A stretch of DNA of 64,000 nucleotides, taken from NCBI GenBank assembly GCA_964535955.1, contig CAZHVK010000002.1, positions 72,122-136,121 of the forward strand, given 5' to 3'. Positions 49,444 through 57,519 of the stretch are shown here, piece by piece. Each line of letters begins with the position of its first letter. Positions within the stretch are counted from its first letter, which is position 1. The position numbers and the translations under genes were made by a program. This DNA is from an uncultured Methanosarcinales archaeon (lineage in GTDB: Archaea; Nanobdellota; Nanobdellia; Woesearchaeales; CAXGTL01). The notes below the pieces were generated by a model that saw only the letters and a program-made list of their open reading frames with translations, was not told the DNA's origin and did no database searches.

Positions 49444-49927
49444 AAAAATATTCCTAAGATATGCTTTTCCTTGCTTAGACACATTATGTTATGAACTAGG
49501 TAAAGTTGATGAAAATATTGTAAAGGATATTAAAGACAAAGTAAAATCAAACACAGATGTTGAAAAAAAAGATCTAGAAAATTTGTTTCCAGCTGCTATT
49601 GCAAGAATAAAAGACTTAGCTATAGAAAAGAATAGAACAGAGTATTGGACAGTTGAAAACATAAGAGATTATTTTATCCACCACCATAACATGATTATTG
49701 ATAATGGAAAAGGAAGTTATGCAATTCTAAGACCAGAGACAAAGTATTGGTGTAAAACAAGAAAAGCAAAAATAAAGAAAATAGATGGTAAACTTATTGA
49801 ACTTATTTATGAAGACCATGATCCAAGATTTGATACAACTAGAAAATTCTATAATCTTTACAATTTAGATTTAAATGAACAAGATATTGTAACAACACAT
49901 TATAGGTTTATCATTGAAAAACTATGA
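49433..49927 (+). CDS. Hypothetical protein linked to hypC (DUF6390-like)
   Basis: FLRYAFPC, HHN, C and C-terminal V..H; overlaps hypC. Confidence 0.55.
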   Translation: MTPEKIFLRYAFPCLDTLCYELGKVDENIVKDIKDKVKSNTDVEKKDLENLFPAAIARIKDLAIEKNRTEYWTVENIRDYFIHHHNMIIDNGKGSYAILRPETKYWCKTRKAKIKKIDGKLIELIYEDHDPRFDTTRKFYNLYNLDLNEQDIVTTHYRFIIEKL

Positions 49928-50007
49928 TTCTCAGTAATCTTTATATATATATAAAAGAAAATAATTATTATTAGTAAATAAATCAGAACTTAGTCCTTAC
50001 CAGCCAA

Positions 50008-50037
50008 GGGTGGGTGGTGGGGATGTGGGTCAGGTGG
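50008..50037 (+). other. G-tract motif copy C (hydrogenase operon leader)
   Basis: GGGTGGGTGGTGGGGATGTGGGTCAGGTGG; canonical four-tract G4 pattern with loops 1, 4 and 4. Confidence 0.7.
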
Positions 50038-50057
50038 AATTAAAAAAAGAGGCCAAA

Positions 50058-50969
50058 ATGCTAAACAACATACAAACATTCTTTTCTGTATTGGTTTTAA
50101 TATTTTCTATTGGAATGTTCTTAACAGTATTTAAAGAAAAAAAAGGATTGATTGATTTGTTTATTGCAACAGTCTTAAGCTTAGTCTTAATCAATCTTAA
50201 TTTTTGGTATTTAACAGGACTTGGTATAACATTAATATTATATCCCTTGATAAACCAAAAAATGGCTCATAATGATATAGTAACATATTCTATGACAGGA
50301 AGTATATTAACATCTTATTTTGTGTTGATATTGTACCAAACATATACTCTTCCTTTATTAAAGATAATAATTGCATTCACATTAATCATAATGTGTTTAT
50401 TAAGTGTGTTAGGTATATTTGAAAAAAATATCAAAAAGTTTTTTATTTATTCAAACCTAATCCAATTCTTATTTGTATTGCTTGATCTAAGCATTGCAAA
50501 ATTAACAGGTAAAATAGGTGCATTAGGAATTATACAAATATTTAATTATACAATTGCAGGAAGTTTATTCTTTTTAACATTATTGATTTTAAATAAAGAT
50601 AAAGTAAACCTGTTTAGTGAAATACAAGGACATTATTATAAAGATCATACTACTGGAATTTTAGCAATAATTGCATGCGTTTCATTAGCAGGTCTGCCTG
50701 GATTAAATATATTTGTAAGTGAATGGTTATTATTTGTCAAAGCATTTACAATTGATCCTGCAATCACAATAATAGGAATATTCATTGCATTGTTATTATT
50801 TATTATGTATTTTAAAGTAATTTATATTCTAATTTCAAAATATCAAACACAAAAATCAAAAACAAATAAAATATCCAGATCTTATGCAATTATTTTAGGT
50901 ATACTTTGTTTATTATTTGGAATATTATTCAACTTACAATTTTATATACTTAACTGGGTATTGCAATGA
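50058..50969 (+). CDS. Antiporter-like (Mrp/NuoLMN/HyfF-type) membrane subunit, short
   Basis: IKKFFIYS and SLAGLPGLNIFVSEW motifs; ATG at 50058 after SD AGAGG. Confidence 0.8.
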   Translation: MLNNIQTFFSVLVLIFSIGMFLTVFKEKKGLIDLFIATVLSLVLINLNFWYLTGLGITLILYPLINQKMAHNDIVTYSMTGSILTSYFVLILYQTYTLPLLKIIIAFTLIIMCLLSVLGIFEKNIKKFFIYSNLIQFLFVLLDLSIAKLTGKIGALGIIQIFNYTIAGSLFFLTLLILNKDKVNLFSEIQGHYYKDHTTGILAIIACVSLAGLPGLNIFVSEWLLFVKAFTIDPAITIIGIFIALLLFIMYFKVIYILISKYQTQKSKTNKISRSYAIILGILCLLFGILFNLQFYILNWVLQ

Positions 50970-50970
50970 T

Positions 50971-51023
50971 TAGAAATCTTCGATTTATAATCAACGAACG
51001 AAACGGAGTGGAGTGATATTGAT
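50971..51023 (+). mobile_element. Candidate 53-bp structured insertion with TGAT duplication
   Basis: TGAT at 50967-50970 and 51020-51023; two hairpins; removal restores ATG ATA GGA AAA. Confidence 0.45.
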
Positions 51024-51168
51024 AGGAAAAAAATCAGTTTATATAGGCGGAGAAAAAGACACACAAGACATAATTATTCCTAAGTATTATGAAGATTTTT
51101 TTAAAGAATCTTTGTTATTTTTTGTAACTGGATTAATATGTTTGTTATTGATATTGTTATTTGTTTAA
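51019..51168 (+). CDS. Small membrane subunit of the hydrogenase complex (NuoA/MbhI-like fragment; not in ORF track)
   Basis: MIGKKSVYIGGEK...YYEDFF followed by one TM helix; K..Y.GGE motif. Confidence 0.6.
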   Translation: MIGKKSVYIGGEKDTQDIIIPKYYEDFFKESLLFFVTGLICLLLILLFV

Positions 51169-51206
51169 ACAGATTCTATGCCCTAGATAGCCTTCCTGAC
51201 TCAACA

Positions 51207-51239
51207 GGGGAGGGTGGTCGGGAGGATGGAACAGGTGGG
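51207..51239 (+). other. G-tract motif copy D (small-subunit leader)
   Basis: GGGGAGGGTGGTCGGGAGGATGGAACAGGTGGG directly before the ATG. Confidence 0.65.
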
Positions 51240-51241
51240 AA

Positions 51242-51679
51242 ATGAAAAAAAACACAATCAAAAAATCACCATGGATAAGTATATTCAATTGCTCTAGTTG
51301 TAATGGCTGTGACTTAGAATGTTTAGCATTGTTAACACCAAAGTATGATATTGAAAGGTTTGGTATGATATGGAAAACATCTCCAAGACATGCAGACATA
51401 CTGGTTGTCACAGGCATTGGAAACAAGACAGCTGAACAAAGACTAAAGACAGTGTCTGATCAAATGGCTCCAATCAAAAAAGTAGTTGCAATTGGATCAT
51501 GTGCTAACACAGGCGGAGTTTTTAGAACAGGATATAATATGGGCAAAGGTATTGATAAAATAATAAAAGTTGACATTTATGTACCAGGATGCCCTCCAAG
51601 ACCAGAAGCAATCATAAATGGAATTGGAAAGGCAATTGGTTTGTTGAAGGTAAGAAATGCAAGAAAAAAAAATAAATAG
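51242..51679 (+). CDS. Group 4 [NiFe]-hydrogenase small subunit (NuoB/EchC-like)
   Basis: SCNGCDLE, SPRHAD, GSCA..GG and PGCPPRPE motifs. Confidence 0.93.
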   Translation: MKKNTIKKSPWISIFNCSSCNGCDLECLALLTPKYDIERFGMIWKTSPRHADILVVTGIGNKTAEQRLKTVSDQMAPIKKVVAIGSCANTGGVFRTGYNMGKGIDKIIKVDIYVPGCPPRPEAIINGIGKAIGLLKVRNARKKNK

Positions 51680-51989
51680 AAAAGAATTTTTAAAAGAAAT
51701 TGAAAAATTAAAAGACAATAGATTAATTTCTATAATCGCAATTGATGAAATAGATTTTTTTAGTGTATTGTATGTTTTTGACATGAATAATGATATTTTT
51801 CAGTTAAGAGTAAAACTAACTAAAAAGAATCCATTACTTCCGTCTATTCATAAATTGTTTCCATCAGCTATTTATTATGAATGCGAAGTGCACGACTTTT
51901 TTGATATTGAATTTGAAGACAATTTTAGGCTCCATGATAAACTATTTTTGCCAGATGACTTTAAAGGCAAACCACCTTTATTAAAGTAA
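51657..51989 (+). CDS. NuoC/EchD-like subunit
   Basis: PSI..LFPSA.YYE.EVHDFF.IEF motif. Confidence 0.88.
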   Translation: MQEKKINRKEFLKEIEKLKDNRLISIIAIDEIDFFSVLYVFDMNNDIFQLRVKLTKKNPLLPSIHKLFPSAIYYECEVHDFFDIEFEDNFRLHDKLFLPDDFKGKPPLLK

Positions 51990-51998
51990 ATAATAATA

Positions 51999-52102
51999 AA
52001 ACTCCTGCCTGTAAGGCCAGTGAGTCCGAGTTCAAATCGTCAGACAATATGGATACCTCATTTGCCAGAAAATCAATATGAGGTAGGCGAACGAAGGAGT
52101 TT
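51999..52102 (+). ncRNA. Candidate structured intergenic RNA
   Basis: Closing stem AAACTCCT/AGGAGTTT, inner stem TACCTCAT/ATGAGGTA, T-loop-like GTTCAAATC. Confidence 0.45.
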
Positions 52103-52124
52103 CATAAAATTCAGTGAAACAAAA

Positions 52125-53279
52125 ATGCATGACTACAAAATCCCAATAGGACCACAAAGTCCAACAATGAAAGAACCGATTTGTATAAGGATTAAGCTAG
52201 ATGGTAATAAGATAAAAGATTCCTGGATAAAATTAGGCTATATTCATAGAGGAATAGAAAAAATCTTAGAAACAAAAAATATTAATCAAGCATTATACAC
52301 TGTTGAACATATTTGTGGAATATGTAGTTATGCGCACTCTGCATGCTTTACATTGGCAATGGAAAAACTAATGGATTTTAAAAAACAACAAAAAGTGAAA
52401 TTAATAAGAATGATAATTGCAGAATTAGAAAGAATTCATTCTCACCTACTATGGTTTGGATTTTCAATGCATGAGATAGGTTTTGAAACATTATTCAATT
52501 ATGCAATGAGAGAAAGAGAATATGTGCTAGAATGCTTTGAAAAACTAACAGGCAATAGAGTTCATCATGGAATAAACAAATTACAAACAGTAAGATATGA
52601 TATTGATCTTAAACACAAAGAATTTGTTATCTCAAGATTAAAAAAGATTGAAAACATGCTAAATTTTTACATAAAAACAACACAAACAAACAAAGTAATT
52701 CTCTCAAGATTGCAAGGAAATGGAATTATAACAAGAAACATGGCAAAACATTTTTCTTTAGTAGGTCCAATGGCGAGAGCATCTAATATTAAAATCGATG
52801 TAAGAAAAGATAATCCATATGAAGCTTATGAACAGATGGATTTTCAAATGATTACAAGAACACAAGGTGATGCATTAGCAAGAACATTGGTAAGGTTAGA
52901 TGAGATTAATGAAAGTATTAAGATAATCAAACAATGCTTTGTAAAGATAACAGACAAACCAATTCCAAAATTTGAAACTAATGTAAAATTAAATAATGGT
53001 GAAACATTTGCAAGAGTCGAAGCACCCCGTGGTGAAAACTTTCATTTTTATAAGATACAAAATAACAAGATAACTAGAGCAAAAGTCAGAACACCAACTT
53101 TTGCATACATCTCAATATTAACACATTTACTTAAAGATAAAGAAATAGGAGATGTTCCTGTAATTGTTTCATCACTTGATCCATGTTTTGGATGTATGGA
53201 ACGTATGATCATTGTTAAAGATAATAAAAAAGAGGTATTAACAGAAGATGATTTTAGATCTAAGTATTGCAAAGATTAG
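52125..53279 (+). CDS. Group 4 [NiFe]-hydrogenase large (catalytic) subunit
   Basis: IPIGPQ, GYIHRGIEK, L1 EHICGICS..H, EAPRGE, L2 DPCFGCMER plus C-terminal extension. Confidence 0.93.
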   Translation: MHDYKIPIGPQSPTMKEPICIRIKLDGNKIKDSWIKLGYIHRGIEKILETKNINQALYTVEHICGICSYAHSACFTLAMEKLMDFKKQQKVKLIRMIIAELERIHSHLLWFGFSMHEIGFETLFNYAMREREYVLECFEKLTGNRVHHGINKLQTVRYDIDLKHKEFVISRLKKIENMLNFYIKTTQTNKVILSRLQGNGIITRNMAKHFSLVGPMARASNIKIDVRKDNPYEAYEQMDFQMITRTQGDALARTLVRLDEINESIKIIKQCFVKITDKPIPKFETNVKLNNGETFARVEAPRGENFHFYKIQNNKITRAKVRTPTFAYISILTHLLKDKEIGDVPVIVSSLDPCFGCMERMIIVKDNKKEVLTEDDFRSKYCKD

Positions 53280-54126
53280 TGTATTTATTTTATTGCCTAT
53301 TTTTGCATTGATTTTTGAAGGAATTAGGCGAAAGAGCTTTGCTAGGATGCAGCACAGGATAGGTCCACCTATACACCAGCCATTCTTAGACATGATCAAA
53401 TTATTTAATAAAAAAAAGAGTAACACTCTTGGTACAGAGAATGTATTCTTTAGAATATCACCTTACCTAGACTTCATAGTATGCTGGATCTTATTCCTAC
53501 CAATTTTAGGTATTCTAAACTTCAATTATGACTTCATACTTTTGATCTACTTATTAGTACTTAGTGGAGGTTTATCAATTTTAGCTGGTTTAAGTTCAAA
53601 TAATCCATTTTCAATTATATCTTCTATCAGAGACATGATCATGATGATTTGTTATGAGATAATATTTGCAATTATCTTAATAATTGTTATGTTATTCACA
53701 AATGTCATAAACCTAAGTAATCTAGGTGGAATATTTTTAGCTTACAGATTACCTTTAGCACTCATAGGATTCTTATACATAATGACAGCAATTGTCAGGA
53801 TCACACCACTTGACACTGTATCAGCACACACAGAAGTATTAGAAGGCGAAGACACAGAATTCAGTGGCAAAGGTCTTGCTTACCTACTGTGGTCTGCTTA
53901 TCTAAAAGACTTGTTCATGGCTTATATGTTATTATTTTTATTCATAGGTTATTTTAATTGGTATTACTTATTTTTACTTTCATTCATTGTAGCATTAATA
54001 ATTGCATTTATCAGAGCCTCAACATGCAGATACAAAGTTACACAAGCATTTAAGAGATTATTATATATTTTAGTTATAGTTTTGATTGAATTTGTTCGTA
54101 TCAGGAAAGGATGGATTTGGTGGTAA
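53248..54126 (+). CDS. NuoH/EchB-like membrane subunit
   Basis: RK..ARMQHRIGPP..QPF.D..KL and E...G..TEFSG motifs. Confidence 0.92.
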   Translation: MILDLSIAKISVFILLPIFALIFEGIRRKSFARMQHRIGPPIHQPFLDMIKLFNKKKSNTLGTENVFFRISPYLDFIVCWILFLPILGILNFNYDFILLIYLLVLSGGLSILAGLSSNNPFSIISSIRDMIMMICYEIIFAIILIIVMLFTNVINLSNLGGIFLAYRLPLALIGFLYIMTAIVRITPLDTVSAHTEVLEGEDTEFSGKGLAYLLWSAYLKDLFMAYMLLFLFIGYFNWYYLFLLSFIVALIIAFIRASTCRYKVTQAFKRLLYILVIVLIEFVRIRKGWIWW

Positions 54127-54127
54127 T

Positions 54128-54448
54128 ATGGGAATAAATTGGGAATGTATAAAACATTTGTTTATGAAACCTTTTACTAGACTTTACCCTTATGAAAAAC
54201 CTATTATTTATCAAAGAACGCGTGGAATTATAAAATTTGATTCAAAAAAATGCATAGGTAGTAAGAAATGTGTTGCAAATTGTCCTGCTTATGCAATCAA
54301 GTATAAAGGTAAAGGCAAACTAGAATTTGATATGAGCAAATGCATATTTTGTGGACTTTGTGTTGATATGTGTCCAACTGGTGCTATTAAGTTTGTAGGG
54401 AAATTTGATTATGCTAATAAGAAAAAAGAAAAATTGGTTGTTAAGTGA
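54128..54448 (+). CDS. NuoI/EchF-like ferredoxin subunit
   Basis: PFT..YPYE, CIGSKKC..NCP and CIFCGLCVDMCP motifs. Confidence 0.9.
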   Translation: MGINWECIKHLFMKPFTRLYPYEKPIIYQRTRGIIKFDSKKCIGSKKCVANCPAYAIKYKGKGKLEFDMSKCIFCGLCVDMCPTGAIKFVGKFDYANKKKEKLVVK

Positions 54449-55054
54449 TTATTTTCCAATAACCTTATACTCCCCACCATCAACAACAATAGCTTGTTCA
54501 TCTGTTAATGTAATTACTTTGTATTTCTTACTCCATTCTTTCAAAAGTTCATCACGTTCAGGTTTATAATGAACAATCATAACAAAATCAACAAAACCTA
54601 AACCATCGTAAGACTTTAAACTAGGAGCTTCATTAGGATCATCAAAACCTTTGACTAATTCAATATTTAAACCAGTTATCAATGAACCAGCACTAGAACC
54701 AATATAATAAACACCTTTATTCAATAGATCTTTTAAAACCTTATCAAAACCACTTTGTTGTATTTTCTCTAGCAAATAAAAAGTATTACCACCACAAACA
54801 AACACAATATCAACATCTTTTAATTCATCTCTTAATTGATCTTCATTCTTATTTCTTAGATCAACATCAATAACATTAAAGCCTAATTCAACTAATTTAG
54901 TCCTATCTTTCTCAATAAACCATTTATCTTCATAATTATCAGCAGCATTTTGAATAAAACCTACTTTAGATTGTTTAGGATCTTTATGATATATTTCCAT
55001 AAATTTATCCATCATATTCCATGCAGCTGAAGTCAAAAATAGTTTCATAATCAC
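54449..55054 (-). CDS. Peptidase E / S51 family
   Basis: GGNTFYL, YIGSSAG and HY motifs. Confidence 0.9.
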   Translation of the reverse strand: MIMKLFLTSAAWNMMDKFMEIYHKDPKQSKVGFIQNAADNYEDKWFIEKDRTKLVELGFNVIDVDLRNKNEDQLRDELKDVDIVFVCGGNTFYLLEKIQQSGFDKVLKDLLNKGVYYIGSSAGSLITGLNIELVKGFDDPNEAPSLKSYDGLGFVDFVMIVHYKPERDELLKEWSKKYKVITLTDEQAIVVDGGEYKVIGK

Positions 55055-55087
55055 TGGTAATAGAGTAAAGAATAAAAAGGTTTTGTT

Positions 55088-55462
55088 TTATTTCTCATAA
55101 AACTTCATCTTACCATTACCTAATTCATGGATCAACTTATCACAGATATCTTCAAGAATATTATCAGACATATTATTAAAATCTTCTTTAGACAATTTAT
55201 ATTTGAATATAAAGATATTACTATGTGAACTAGTATGATAATAAGTAAAACTAAACACAGCACCATTTTTATCAACATTGTGCTTTGCTAGTAAAAAACA
55301 ATATCCATATTCATCTAAAACTTTCAACACACCATACAATGAATCACAATATCTTTTAGGCATAGCACATTTATTTTCATGATTGATATGTAATTCATTG
55401 CATCTTTTTATTCCATATTGTAATTTTTCAATTTTATCATAACTTATTCTAAAATTCTTCAT
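55088..55462 (-). CDS. Hypothetical protein
   Basis: 124-aa ORF overlapping the hycI stop by 4 nt. Confidence 0.55.
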   Translation of the reverse strand: MKNFRISYDKIEKLQYGIKRCNELHINHENKCAMPKRYCDSLYGVLKVLDEYGYCFLLAKHNVDKNGAVFSFTYYHTSSHSNIFIFKYKLSKEDFNNMSDNILEDICDKLIHELGNGKMKFYEK

Positions 55463-55887
55463 TTTATTATTTTCTCAACCTTCCCATAAATCTCCCAAAA
55501 CCTTTCCTTTAGTTCAGGAGAAAGTTCTTCACCAAAATCCATCTTCTTAGGCTGAATACCAATCAATTTAATAACTGCTCCACCAGCAAGCATGGATAGC
55601 ATAGTAACAGACATGTTATGTGTTGTTGTCATTGGTAATTTAACAATGTCATGAAAATCAAACACTTTGACATCACCAATCTTATCAGAAAAAGGCACTG
55701 TATCTATTAGATATATAATGCTAGGATTTAGTTGAGCAATCTTAAAAAAAAAATTCTCAGGACTTATTTCAGCCTTGATAAATACAAAATAGTCTCCAGC
55801 AAGGTCCTTCTTTAGCTTATCAACAACCAAATTACCAATATTATCATCAGACTTAATTGGGTTTCCAAGTGACATAACAACTTTCAT
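55459..55887 (-). CDS. hycI: Hydrogenase maturation endopeptidase (HycI-like)
   Basis: LGN....DD.IG, PEN, ID, TTHNM and IGIQP...FGE.LS motifs. Confidence 0.88.
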   Translation of the reverse strand: MKVVMSLGNPIKSDDNIGNLVVDKLKKDLAGDYFVFIKAEISPENFFFKIAQLNPSIIYLIDTVPFSDKIGDVKVFDFHDIVKLPMTTTHNMSVTMLSMLAGGAVIKLIGIQPKKMDFGEELSPELKERFWEIYGKVEKIIK

Positions 55888-55987
55888 ATTACATAAATAT
55901 ATTGTCTGATTTATATAATTTGTCATAATTAAGTTTTTACTCCTTGACCAAGATTATAAAACTTTAAATAAGATTTGTAAATGGTTT

Positions 55988-56653
55988 TTGAATATGAAAA
56001 TTATACTTTCGGGATATGCATGTGCTGGAAAAACAAGAGTAAGAAAATTAATTCAAACAGGATTAGGTTATACAAATGCTTCTGCAGGTGATATACAAAG
56101 AGATTTAATTTCACAAGAAAATGAAAAAAGAAAATTACAAAGATTGCCACTTTTAAGTCCTTCTGATGAAAATTTATATACATTAATGCCTCAGTTAGAT
56201 CCATTGGTTGATGAAGGTATGCGTAAGCATGGTGAAGAAAATAATAACTTTGTTGCTGATTACAGGTTAGGTAAACTAATGATTCCAGATGCATTTGGAG
56301 TATTTTTATTGGCTACTGAAGAAGAAAGAGCAAGAAGAGGGTTTGAAGATCAGAATAATAGAAAAAGAAGAGGATTAAAAGAGTTTGTTTCATTAGAACA
56401 AGTAAAATCTATTAATTCTATAAGAGACTATGATAATCAGGATAGATGGATAAAAAGATATGATTTTGATTATCTTGATGAATCTCATTATGATTTAGTT
56501 ATTGATACAACAAGTTTAACACCACAAGAAGTTTATTTGGAAATTGCAAAACATATAGTAGTTAATAATATCAATCCTCATCTTATTAAAAAAACTAAAT
56601 TTGATCTAAATAATATAATATCATTAGAAAATATTATTAAAACTCATCTATAA
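55988..56653 (+). CDS. Divergent cytidylate kinase-like P-loop kinase
   Basis: SGYACAGKT, SAGD..R and YDLVIDTT.L motifs. Confidence 0.75.
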   Translation: MNMKIILSGYACAGKTRVRKLIQTGLGYTNASAGDIQRDLISQENEKRKLQRLPLLSPSDENLYTLMPQLDPLVDEGMRKHGEENNNFVADYRLGKLMIPDAFGVFLLATEEERARRGFEDQNNRKRRGLKEFVSLEQVKSINSIRDYDNQDRWIKRYDFDYLDESHYDLVIDTTSLTPQEVYLEIAKHIVVNNINPHLIKKTKFDLNNIISLENIIKTHL

Positions 56654-57181
56654 CTTCTTAACAAACTTAATAATCTTATTAACAACCTGATTTATTGTCA
56701 GATTAGAAGTATTCAAATAAAGATCATAATGCTTTCTTTGATAAGGGTCTAACTTATAATATTTTCTATAACGTTGTTTCTCCAACTTAATCCTTTTTTT
56801 GATGAATTTTTTAGCCTGGTTAACAGATTTATATAATTCAAATTTTCTTTTATGCTTAAAAATACGCCCAGCACCTTTATCCAAACTAACATCTAAAAAA
56901 ATTTTAACTGAGTGTGGTATAAAAAAAGCAGAAGTCCTACCATCCATTACAAAATTATCTTTTTCTTTACCTAACCTTTTCTGTCTATTATCAACATACT
57001 TATCAACAGATGCATGTGTTTTAGCATATTTATTTAATTCAATAAAACCCATTTTCTTTTTCCTAGCTAATTCTCTAAAAAAATCACCACTAGAATAATG
57101 TTTCATCTTAAGCTTTTTTGCTAATCTCTTTGCAACAACTGATTTGCCAGATCCTGCTTTTCCAACAATTGTTATGATCAT
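56648..57181 (-). CDS. cmk: Cytidylate kinase (archaeal type)
   Basis: GKAGSGKS, SSGDFFRE, DGR, RYRKYY and YDL.LNTS motifs. Confidence 0.88.
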   Translation of the reverse strand: MIITIVGKAGSGKSVVAKRLAKKLKMKHYSSGDFFRELARKKKMGFIELNKYAKTHASVDKYVDNRQKRLGKEKDNFVMDGRTSAFFIPHSVKIFLDVSLDKGAGRIFKHKRKFELYKSVNQAKKFIKKRIKLEKQRYRKYYKLDPYQRKHYDLYLNTSNLTINQVVNKIIKFVKKL

Positions 57182-57263
57182 GTATTGATTTATGGTTAAT
57201 TAGTATATTAATCTTACTATATAAACCGAAATATTAATAAACCATCCACCAAAATCTATAATC

Positions 57264-57470
57264 ATGACAAAAATAACAAAAAAAATGAACATAGGAGAAA
57301 TTGTATCAAAATTCCCAAAAACAGTTGAAGTATTCCAAAAACATGGTTTACATTGTGTAGGGTGCTTTGCAGCTCATTTTGAGACATTAGAACAAGGATG
57401 TAAAGCTCATAGTATTGATGTTGATAAGATATTAAAAGACCTAAATAAAATAGCTGAAAACACAAAATAA
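57264..57470 (+). CDS. DUF1858 domain protein
   Basis: M.I.EIV..FP...VF..HG..C.GC.....ETLE.G...H. Confidence 0.85.
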   Translation: MTKITKKMNIGEIVSKFPKTVEVFQKHGLHCVGCFAAHFETLEQGCKAHSIDVDKILKDLNKIAENTK

Positions 57471-57519
57471 CTACTATATACAGATAAATTTATAAATACC
57501 TATTGAAAACCAATATACT

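Noticed and set aside
50010..50057. N-terminal extension MGGGDVGQ... of the membrane subunit
   Set aside because: It is a translation of the G-tract leader; ATG 50058 has a proper SD.
52020..52124. 35-aa extension of the hydrogenase large subunit
   Set aside because: Family similarity starts at MHDYKIPIGPQ (52125); the upstream part looks like structured non-coding sequence.
51242..54448. Complex I-like, Mbx or Ehr module without Ni
   Set aside because: Both CxxC Ni-binding motifs are present, along with HypC and HycI.
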